A model generated the notes under the pieces. That model worked only from the letters and a program-made list of their open reading frames with translations, searched no databases and was not told where the DNA came from. From NCBI RefSeq assembly GCF_021869535.1, contig NW_026262723.1, forward strand, positions 83,514,001-83,578,000: a stretch of DNA of 64,000 bases, read 5' to 3'. Within the stretch, counting starts at the first letter, position 1; every line of letters starts with the position of its first letter. A program made the position numbers and the translations under genes. Shown here in pieces: positions 36,701-48,700 of this stretch. The stretch comes from Mytilus californianus. Lineage: Eukaryota.

Positions 36701-39700
36701 AACGTCATATTTAAATAACATTTTTATTATTTTTTTAAATATAATTGCTGATGTTGTCATTAAGTCCCAAAAACGGAGATTTTATTATTGTTCTTCCTAC
36801 TAATATTATTTCATTATCATATTAGTAAAAAAAGACCAATCGTCCAGATGATGAATCGAATGGTGACCCCCACTTCAAAATTATTAGATATATCTGTCTC
36901 ATGAATCTAAGTGACAAATTACTACTGTCGTAGATTTATTGTCATATTTACTATTTCACACTTTCATGAAATATTATTTTTATCACCAGTTTTTATTGCC
37001 GAGGGATCTTCTGAGACAAAATGATGAATATGCGATTGTGTTAATGAGGATGCTAGTAAACTGTGTATGGTTTCTAATACATGTGATTTAATTAAACTCT
37101 AGGGTCACATCAATTTGTAGAAAGACAGCCTTATCTTGTACTGAATCTTCTAGCACAACGCAGAAGCCTTTTTATTAGAATTCAGATTCAAAATGCTAAC
37201 CAAATAAGCTATAGACCAACATGCAATATAGATTGGTTCAATCGAATTAATATATAGATCTCTGATTTCGTTATCTTATATTTACGAACAGGCGAGTTAA
37301 TATAGGTCATAGTTTTAATCAGATTGAAGTTGGTTCAGAAATCCACAAACGAGTTTTTCTACATATGTCGTGTCGACTTCAATGTGAAATTAAGTCAACT
37401 ATGGTCGTACTTAGGTTGGGCAGTCGGAATTCAAGCTTCAATTTTGTCTTTTACTTCAAAGTAGGCGGTCGAAACAGTTTTCATTCAATAAAAAGTGAAT
37501 GGTTTCTGTATGTTTGAAACAAAACAAAGTATCTCTTCTCTCACCGAAGGTGGTTTACCGTAAACTGTATGACACTACCATGTTTTGAACTTCGTTCAGA
37601 CACCACTGAACGTTAAGGGCATACGATACAGTTTTGATCCCACGGTGAATTTTTGACTTCTGTAATAACATCTGTAAGTTCATCTCTACAGAAATGTGCT
37701 TTGAATTTGTGTAACACTTCTTTGGAAATGATTCATTTATTCACATTTTCATGATTGTAGTAAAAAAAAACGACATTTTTTGCTGTAAATTTATCAAACT
37801 TAAAAAAAATTTCATCGGTGATTTGTTTATAAATATTGGCACAAATAATCTTCATACATAATCAAGCCAAATGTCATTTTTAAAAAGAAGGGTCCATGAA
37901 CTCGTTTTGAAGTTAAATCAGTCTGAATAATAAAAATAGTCGAAAAATACATCTTTCCCCGATATGTCACAGTTTAACGTCGGGAAAAAATAACATTTTA
38001 TGTTAGCAACATCATTACCTCCCCTTTTTAACTGTATCGTATGCCCTCGCGTATGCCCTTAAAGCCCAATTCAATGTCTTGTCGAACCTGGGTTATTGTG
38101 GTGCTGATTTTAGTGCATATTTAGTGAGCTGCGCGTATAATCAACAACAGATGTTTGAACCTATGTATAATACTTTTTATCAACTTAGTTATGATTTTGA
38201 CCTTATATGTCGGGACTATGATGGCAATAAACCATATATCAACTCTTATATGTTACGCTGGGGACTTTACTGAAACTAAGGAACAGCTTACGAAAGGCAG
38301 TATGATGATACAACTTTTGTTCACACTCAAATAAAGAAAACATAGGTTTTTTTTTCAGGTTTCTGGATCTTCATATGAATGTTTTTATAATTCAGTGTTA
38401 TAATAAGAAGGAAGACTTGTTCATTGTTTCCTTATTTAGTCTGATGGAACTAATTTATAAAACACGGACGTCCTTTCCGTCTTGAAATTAATGCCTGACA
38501 ACACAAAGGTCCAAATTCAAATCAATCATATATATGCACACACGATTGCTCGTATCTTTTGGAATTTTGGGTCCTCAATGCTCTTCAACTTTGTACTTGT
38601 TTGGCTTTATAACTATTTTGATCTGAGCGTCACTGATGAGTTTTATGTAGACGAAACGCGCGTCTGGCGTATTAAATTATAATCCTGGTACCTTTGATAA
38701 CTATTTACACCACTGGGTCGATGCCGCTGCTGGTGGACGTTTCGTCCTCGAGGGTATCACCAGCCCAGTAGTCAGCACTTCGGTGTTGACATGAATATCA
38801 ATTATATGGTCATTTTTATAAATTTCCTGTTACAAAACTTTGAATTTTTCGGAAAACTAAGGATTTTCTTATCCCAGGAATAGATTACCTTAGCCGTATT
38901 TGGCACAACTTTTTGGAATTTTGGGTCCTCAATGCTCTTCAACTTTGTACTTGATTGGATTTATAACTATTTTGATCTGAGCGTCACTGATGAGTCTTAT
39001 GTAGACGAAACGCGCGTCTGGTGTATTAAATAATAATCCTGGTACCTTTGATAACTATTATAGGATCAGTAAAACAGAGACACATATATAGTACTTAAAG
39101 TCGGTCATCATTTCATTCCCTTGACCCTTGAACACTAGAAACCGATTCCATTGGGTGTTTGGTCAAGTTTTTAACAAAGGAAGACAAACGATAGCCATAC
39201 AACTTAAACTAAGTAACATGAGCCTAACAAACACTTGCCACTTCCCCAATATTAAAAACAGATTTATCATATATATACTAGTATGAAGATTCAGCCATAT
39301 GTATTGATTGATTGATTGTTGCTTGTTTAACGTCAGTGGCAAATATTTCATGTATATTTTAGAAGGTTCTGGAGAAAAACTATAACTAATACACATTAGA
39401 ATGCACTGATAGGGACGAAAAGCAAAGAATTTAGTTATGTTCCTTTTACAATAATATTCCGTTTGTTTTCTTGGTATAGCAAAGTCTACTTCGTGTACAA
39501 CCATACATTATTTTATCATTTTTACTAAAGATGCGTATCAATGCGTGATATGCTTATTTTTTTGTAGCATACTTTGAATTGCTTAGGCTTTGTTCTATAT
39601 ATGTCACAGTAGGTCTCAGAAGATTAAGCATTGTAAGCACTGCTTGCAAAGTAGCTAAGCTCATAAGGGCATAGATTAAGGTCGTGTTATGAGGGTCGTA

Positions 39701-42700
39701 ATGGGGGTACCTTCATGACGAACAACGGTAAAAAATCCTACCAAATGACGTTAACGGTAATTTTTGGTGCATGACGAAAAAATGTACATTTTCTTTATGA
39801 CGATAAAAAAAAAATCGACTGATTTTGACGAATCACGTTAATTTTTTTCCAAAAATAACGGTAACGGATAATTATTTAAGACCTTTGACGAATCACGTTA
39901 ATTTTTTTCCAAAAATAACGGTAACGGATAATTATTTAAGACCTCTGACGAATCACGATAGGGATATTTTGACGAATCACGATAAAATTTTAACCGATTT
40001 GACGCTAACGATAGCTGAAAATGACCGTTTGACGCATACAATGCTTTATTCTTTGATTCGCATAGTATACATTTCCTTCCAGGACCTGGTTGTCAACCCT
40101 AGATTCGTAAAAGCCGGACTTTCAAGGCATGATTTATACCAAGGAGTTTTAGGTGAGTCAGATAGAGATGGTTTGAAACAAATGGTATTTACATTAGTTT
40201 TACTAATGGTTAGTGAAACAAAGATGATATATTATACTTGATTAGGAAAGGGATGTTACTTTTACAACCAATTATGTGAAGAAAAAGAACCTGGTTCACA
40301 ATACTATCCTTCATCTGCTTTGTTTTATTAACAGTGCTATGTTGTTAAGTTTGTAGTCACACACCCTATAACCAGCTATCCTACAACAGAAAGAATAGTA
40401 CCCGTGTTCCCGATTGCCAATTAGAACCATTGCTTTTTTAGCTCACCTGGCCGAAAGGCCAAGTGAGCTTATCTCATCACTTGGCGTCCGTCTCCGTCGT
40501 CGTCGTCCGTCGTCGCCGTCGTTAACTTTTACAAAAATCTTCTTCTCTGAAACTACTGGGCCAAATTTAACCAAACTTGGCCATAATAATTATTGGGGTA
40601 TTTAGTTTTAAAAATGTGTCCGATGACCCCGCCAGCCAACCAAGATGGCTGACATGGCTAAAAATAGAAGATATGGGTAAAATGCAAGTTTTGCCTATTA
40701 TTTTGAAAACCAATATAAATAGAGAAAATCTGACACGAACAAAAATATTCCTAATGTTGAGCTCTACCTATTGTTTATTCACGTCAAAACTGTCAAACGA
40801 CTTCTTATAGGAGTTATTGCCCTTAAAAGATGAAGTTTACCATTTTTAAAAATTGTTGCCTATTATCTCGAAAATTATAATAGATAAACAGAAACTTTAA
40901 ATAGCAAAAATGATCAGCAAGACAAGATCTACAAATAAGCCTATTGGCCGAAATCTTAAGTCGACTCGTTATTTCCCTTTGAGGATAATTTTTAACATTT
41001 TTTTGCATTTTTTGCCTATTATCTTGAAAACAATAATAGATAAATAGAAACTTTAGAAAGGAAAATTATCTGCAGGATAAGATCTACAAATATGTCAACA
41101 TGACTGAAATTGTCAGTTATCTTTTAATAGAGTTATTCCCCTTCAATGATGATTTTTACTAAAAAGTGGCTATTGTTGAAGATGCAGGTCTTAAGAGCCT
41201 TTAGTTTCTATAGTGTATGCAGATTTTTGACTGGCGTTCCGATAGCCATTGAATCCGGTTGTACAATGCGGCTGGTTTTGATCTGTTTTGATACCTGTTA
41301 CATCTGCAGTACCGATAACCGATAATAATATTGTGTGCAAACCTGTGTCCATATTCACAGTTACATTTTCATTGACCATTGACCTGTACAACTACTCACG
41401 AAATCGTTTTAAAGTAAAGATGTTAGGAAATGATACCACGAGGACATTATTTATATAATAAGGAGATGTGGTATGATTGCCAATAAGACGACTACTATCC
41501 ACCAGAGATTGTTTGATTGAATAATCGCTTAACGTCCAGTGGCAAATATGTCATGCATCTACATATTTTCCCATAGTAGATCAAGAAATATAAAATAACA
41601 GATATTTAATTGAAGTGAAATCACTATAAAGTTTGTACTAGAGAAGAAAGTTAAGTAGGCATTGAATATTAAAGCGTATTAATCATCATGCAGTTAATGT
41701 TATATATATGTATATATGTCAAATTTCCTAATTGAGAAACGTGATACAACATCAAACACCGCTCGAGCTGAGCCATAAATGTGATGCTGTGTTAGACTAT
41801 ATAATTACATGGTTGAGATCGTACACCTAAGCAGTCATNNNNNNNNNNNNNNNNNNNNNNNNNNNNNNNNNNNNNNNNNNNNNNNNNNNNNNNNNNNNNN
41901 NNNNNNNNNNNNNNNNNNNNNNNNNNNNNNNNNNNNNNNNNNNNNNNNNNNNNNNNNNNNNNNNNNNNNNNNATGATATAGGCTATCCTTTCATAGACGT
42001 CTTCTTTGATTTATTATGTTGTTGGGCTGTTGTCTCTTTCGTTAGATACTTTACAGTCCTTTATTCACAAAATAAGTTTTTTTTTTCTTTCCGTTTATAT
42101 TTTCTTTCACAAGCTATTTATATGTTGAAATATTTCAGGAAACTGTTGGTTCATAGCAGGGGCAGCTGTGGTTTCTACTATACCTAAATTATTGTTTAGA
42201 TGTGTACCAACAGACCAGGACTTTGACAAAGACTATGCAGGTATGTTTAGATGTGTACTAATAGACCAAGACTTTGACAAAGACAATGTAGGTATGTTTA
42301 GATGTCTACCAATAGACCAAGACTTTGCCAAGACTATGCAGGTATGTTTAGATGTGTATCAATAGATCAAGACTTTGACAAAGACTATGCAGTTATGTTT
42401 AGATGTGTACCAATAGACCAAGATGTTGACAAAGACTATGCAGGTATGTTTAGATGTGTACTAATAGACCAAGACTTTGACAAAGACAATGTAGGTATGT
42501 TTAGATGTCTACCAATAGACCAAGACTTTGCCAAGACTATGCAGGTATTTTTAGATGTGTATCAATAGATCAAGACTTTGACAAAGACTATGCAGTTATG
42601 TTTAGATGCGTACCAATAGACCAAGATGTTGACATAGACTATGCAGGTATGTTTAGATGTGTACCAACAGATCAAGACTTTGACATAGACTATGCAGGTA

Positions 42701-45700
42701 TGTTTAGATGTGTACCAACAGATCAAGACTTTGACAAAGACAATGCAGGTATGTTTAGATGTGTACCAACAGATCAAGACTTTGACAAAGACTATGCAGG
42801 TATGTTTAGATGTGTACCAACAGATCAAGATGTTGACAAAGACTACTGGTATTTATGATTTTTAAATAGATGTCATTGCATAAAATGTAAGAAACATACT
42901 GGAATTAACAGCAAGGATTAAACAAAGGGAATTTCATAAATTTAAGAAATGTACAGAAAGGATTAGCAGGTATTGAAATGGGAAAACTTGAGCTGACTGG
43001 TTTACTGGAAGACCCTTTAGGAAAATTCTGTTCTGTCCTGACTTTTTTCTGCTGGAGCCTTAATGAAAAGTTTATGATATTATGACCTGACTGCATATAT
43101 TTCTGATGGAACCCATGTGGAATAAGTTTCATGATCGAAATCATCTATTGATCCCTTATAGGAGTTATTGCCCTTGAAAGATGATTTTTACAATTTTTTT
43201 TAGTTTTTTGCAGAAACTATCATAGATAGAGTGAAACTTTACATGGCAAAAATTGTTCAGCAAAGTAAGACCTACAAATGAATCGACATGACTGAAATTG
43301 TCAATTAAACCCTTATAGGAATTAATACCCTTGCAAGACAATTTTTTGTTTTTGTTTGCAGGAACTATGACAGATAGAAACTTCAACAACAAAAATGTTC
43401 AGCAAAGTTAGACCTACAGACTGAAAATGTTAATTGACACCTTATAGTTTTCCCCTTCAAAGACTATTCTTACCATTGTTTTTGTTTTTTGAAGAAACTA
43501 TGATAAAAACTTTAAATAACAAAAATGTTCAGAAAAGTAATAACTACAAATAAGTCAAGACCTACAAATAAGACATGACCGAAATCGTCAATTGATCCCT
43601 GATAGGAGTTATTGCCCTTGAAAGAAGATTTTTACCCATTTTTTTAGTTTTTAGCAGAAACTATGATAGATACAGAGAATCTTTAAAATCCAATATTGAT
43701 CAGCAAAGTAAGACCTACAAATAGTCAAATAACCAACATTGTCAATTAACTCCTTATATTAAAGAGTTATTGCCCTTAAAAGATATTTTTTTCCATTTTT
43801 TTTTGGTTTTTTGAATAAACTATTATAGATAGAGAGAAAATTTAAATGGCATGTTCAAACATGCATTAATATACATTAAATAGAAAAATAATCATTGATG
43901 CAAGATCTTCACATAAAATTCCAGGTGAGGGATTCAGGCTCTTAGGAGCCTCTAGTTTAGTACATGGACACCTTTTTCTTCCTATATAGTTTTAGCAAAT
44001 TGATGACATTGATGCAATTATGATCAACAATCAAAGAAAAGTGTCCCGTTATAAAAATGATGCAGGAAAATGTCCTTTTCTTTCCTTCCAAATTTAGATA
44101 ATAACATAACTATTTTTTACAGGTTTATTTCATTTTAACTTTTGGTGGTATGGTAAATGGGTGGAGGTCATCATTGATGATTTGCTACCAACAGATGGCA
44201 TGCAGCTGATATATGCCAGAAACAGGAGTGATCCAGATGAATTTTGGCCAGCCCTCCTAGAGAAAGCTTATGCTAAGTATGTTACTTTGTGTAATGTGAT
44301 ATATCAAGTTGTAAGTTGTTATGGTCAAATTGCTTTTACTTTTTACAGGGTAACAGATACAGAACTATAGATTTTTGTAGAACTGTGATAATGTTTTTTT
44401 TTTTAAATTATTTTTGCTTGTTTTATTTATGAATTGGAGGTAGGGTCCTCTTCCTCACTGATAATACTTATATTTACACTTTGTATAGTGTTTCTTGCTC
44501 TCTTACATATACCAGGGGTATACTATTGCTTCACATTTTGTAGATTGCGAGGTAATTATGAAGCATTAGATGGTGGAAAATTACAGGATGCCATAGTAGA
44601 TATGACTGGTTCAATATCAGAATATATCGACCTGAAAGACAAATCAAAGATACCAAATAATTTATATGATCTAGTATGGAAAAGTTATCAGATGAATTCC
44701 TTGATGGGTGCTAGTATTCATGTAAGTTATTGGCAAAATTTAAATTAGATGAATATTTTTTAACACTCCAGAAATTGCTGATACATACATTTATAAATTG
44801 AAGCAATGATTGTTTTACTCCCCAATAGCTAGCATTGTATCTTTTAAAGATAATCAATGAACTTTGACTGAAAAGTAGATAATTTTGTTGAATAGAAATG
44901 TTCTTTATTGTTTATTTGTCAATAATTAATCAGATACATGTATGCTTAATAGATAACTTTACGGAGGAGTTTCGGTGACAGATGTTTGTGTGCCTACATT
45001 TTTAATTCACATTGTCTACATGATTTTTAAGTGTTCTAACTGTTTGAGTTCAATTTGAACAGTAAGCATTGATTTATATTTTTACTGGATGTAGATATGT
45101 GGTAATAGTATCACTATAAACAGTCCATCATGTCCCAACTCTGGCTTTAATGTGAGTATAGTCACATACTCAATACCCACATATATATGTAACTTTAACC
45201 TGAACCATAACCTACTAGTTCCTATAAAGAGAAAGATGACTGTACAAAATACATATGAAATGGTGGCTGGGATATTTTGTAGTTGCCAGAAAATTCCAAA
45301 ACACCAGAAGTTGAGATGACCAATGGTTTGTTCATGGGACATGCTTACAGCATAACAGGAATTGCTTCGGTATGTTTATAGAGATTTTTTGATAATTAGG
45401 TCCGAGTACACAGTTATTTCGTAGTGCATTTCTTTTAGACAATAAATGAAAATAAAAAAAATCCCACCTGCGCTTTCTCAATAATATTTTTACAGTGTGT
45501 TGTACTACTTTTGGGACAAATTATATCAAAATTATAGAAAACTTCATCGGCTCTAACTCAAAATATGGACAATTCTATGTTAAGGGGGTCTTGAAATCTT
45601 TTGACAGCTTCCGAAGTGCTAATTTTTAACCTTTTTCAGCTGGACCAAATCACTACTTTACTTTACAATTCATGACCCAAATTATTTTACAGTGTAATTT

Positions 45701-48700
45701 CATCCCCCTACTTGCTATTTGAGGCATAAAACATGAAGGAATACATTTGGAAGGGGTACTAAAAAAATTGGCAAGCAACACACTGTCCACACTAGGGACT
45801 TTATTCGTGGACAACGAAAATCAAAGGACGATAACTGTGTACTCGGACCTAATAGGATAGAAAAATTTGATCAATCTTAATAAAACTTGGTATGACTAAA
45901 GCTTAATAAATTATGAGACTGCTGACAAAGTTTCATGGCAATAGGATATATATTATAGACAATATGATAAATTCTATATTCAACTTCGCGTGTTAAATTT
46001 TGACGTTTAAATTGAAAAATTTCAACTATCGACATTTGGGGCTTTAAAAATTAAAATATTGCAAAACATTACATTTTAAAGGGCTTTATATATGACATAT
46101 TATGTATTTAAAGCAATAGAATACTCATTTGATTTATCAGACTTATCACAATTATTTAAAAGTCAAATTTATATGAGCCTGTGCCAAAAAATGGAGGTTT
46201 TCCAATGAAGGGGGGCCTTACATGAAGATGTATTATTTTCCAGCAATTTTAAATTTGTGGAGTTTTTTGGTTATAAATAATCCTTACATATGTATTAAAT
46301 GTACTTTAAATGGAAAGAAAAATTACAAATAGCATACCATATTAGTATAAAAGGGTCTTAAGCCAAGTAAGACTGAAAATAATTTAGGGTCAATTTAGGC
46401 CGTAGCACATATTTACATTTAAAAATGCATACTGAAGCTATAGGAAATAAAAATTTGTGTCTCTTTTATAATTTCTATACTCAGGTTACATGATACAATA
46501 AATCTGAGAATAAAGGGACTCTTGCATTCTACTTTTTTTGCAGACAGTATGGTCTGATACAAAGATTTTTCACTTTTTAGTGAAAAACTCGCATGCAATT
46601 TTAGCCTCAGCAGGCTTATATTTGAACCACTTGCTATTTAACATAAGAAAAGAAAGATACTATGTGAAATGAAACAGGTACAAAAGACATTGTGAAGTGC
46701 TTTTAATACAAATTTAGTGAAATCTTTATTATGGACTTCAACTTTTATGTACCTAGGTCCTCACATTTAACTTGATCCAAACAGGCCGTTACACGAGGGT
46801 CATTTATACAACACATTTTGCACATATTGTCTGAGATAATCTTATTTTCTGTAGATTCAGAGTTCACAAATGAGTAATACAACTGGGTTAAAGCATAGAA
46901 ACACAAATATTGACACAGGAAAACCTGTCACATAGAAAGTCAGAATGCCATTTATGCATCAAAATTGAAAAAGCTTTGAAATGCTTATTTTGACCATATA
47001 ATGCCAAAATGGGTAATTTTTGCAGAATTTCTATCAAATAAAAGTTTAAATCCTTTAGTTTCATGCTATCTGACAAATTGACACCATTAAATCATTCAGG
47101 GAAGTTGCCAAAGTACAGATTCTATATTTACTGATTTCGCCTCTTAGGTCCGAGTACACAGTTATTTCGTAGTGCATTTCTTTTAGACAATAAATGAAAA
47201 TAAAAAAAATCCCACCTGCGCTTTCTCAATAATATTTTTACAGTGTGTTGTACTACTTTTGGGACAAATTATATCAAAATTATAGAAAACTTCATCGGCT
47301 CTAACTCAAAATATGGACAATTCTATGTTAAGGGGGTCTTGAAATCTTTTGACAGCTTCCGAAGTGCTAATTTTTAACCTTTTTCAGCTGGACCAAATCA
47401 CTACTTTACTTTACAATTCATGACCCAAATTATTTTACAGTGTAATTTCATCCCCCTACTTGCTATTTGAGGCATAAAACATGAAGGAATACATTTGGAA
47501 GGGGTACTAAAAAAATTGGCAAGCAACACACTGTCCACACTAGGGACTTTATTCGTGGACAACGAAAATCAAAGGACGATAACTGTGTACTCGGACCATT
47601 ATATCTGTTCTTATATGCTTACTACTTTTTTTTTTTTAAATATAAATGAAGATACAATAGTAGTACATGTATTAACCTTTAATTAGAAAATGTATAATAT
47701 CCTTTGTGATGGATTATATCTTTTGTGATGGATTATATCCTTTCAAGATAAAAATATCAAATCTTGCAACACTGGATTTCAAATTACCAGACCAATTGTC
47801 CTTAACATGCTAGCTAAGCATTACAATTTTTGTTGCACTTTCGTCATAACATTTATTAACACAACCATTTTTTTGTTGTTGTATAATTGGATCAAAATTA
47901 CACATTTAATGGTAGATCTTTGATGTTATTGATTGTTACTTATGTAATGTTCAGTGGCAAATATTTCATGCATATTCAGATGATGACAAATTGACAATTA
48001 ATTCAACAAGTAGGTTCTGCAAGGTAGGTCATCCAAGATGGAGGACAGGAAATTTAGACTGCCACTAGAAAATGTGGAAATGTTGGATAGGGGCAGCAAT
48101 TGTGCCTTGCAACAGGCTACCTATGGTTGATGTTAATGAAGTTACCTCACAGTATTAGAAAACTATTATATATGCATGCAAGTGTCATTCAGAAAACATT
48201 TATGACAGTCAATCATATGATTAGAAAAATGACTTGTGTACAAGGGAAAAATAATTTTGATATTTATGAATTTTCACACAGGTCCCATACAGAGGCAATA
48301 ATATACAGTTGTTACGTCTTAGAAATCCATGGGGCAGATCAGAATGGAAGGGAGACTGGTCTGATCAGTAAGTTGCTTAGTTTTCTCTTAAAAATTGATA
48401 GGTCAGAAAAAGGAGGGAGGCAAATTTGCCTGATAAGTGTGTTGTATATAGGACTCTTTGTGTTATTTTTTGTTATGATTCACAATACTGAATTCTTCAT
48501 TTTTACTTTGAACTGATCCTAAAATCTCTTGCACTCAAGAACATGAATCATTTTATAATTTATATATTGCATATAACAATGACAAAATTTGACCACCCAA
48601 GGACAAAGTTCCTCAGAGATTTTTACAAGTAGTTAGAATAATCTAGTATTTATAGTACTTTTTGAATTGATTAAATAAGACAAATTTTAAAATATAACTA

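Larger units (their letters stand above)
38557..39059 (+). mobile_element. Retrozyme, ~1.4 units with two hammerheads 354 nt apart, in calpain intron 1
   Basis: Nearly identical to 6643-7026; cleavage sites after 38664 and 39018. Confidence 0.88.

Noticed and set aside
48100-48516. 138-aa ORF as an independent gene
   Set aside because: It overlaps calpain exon 7 in a different frame and has no recognisable motifs.
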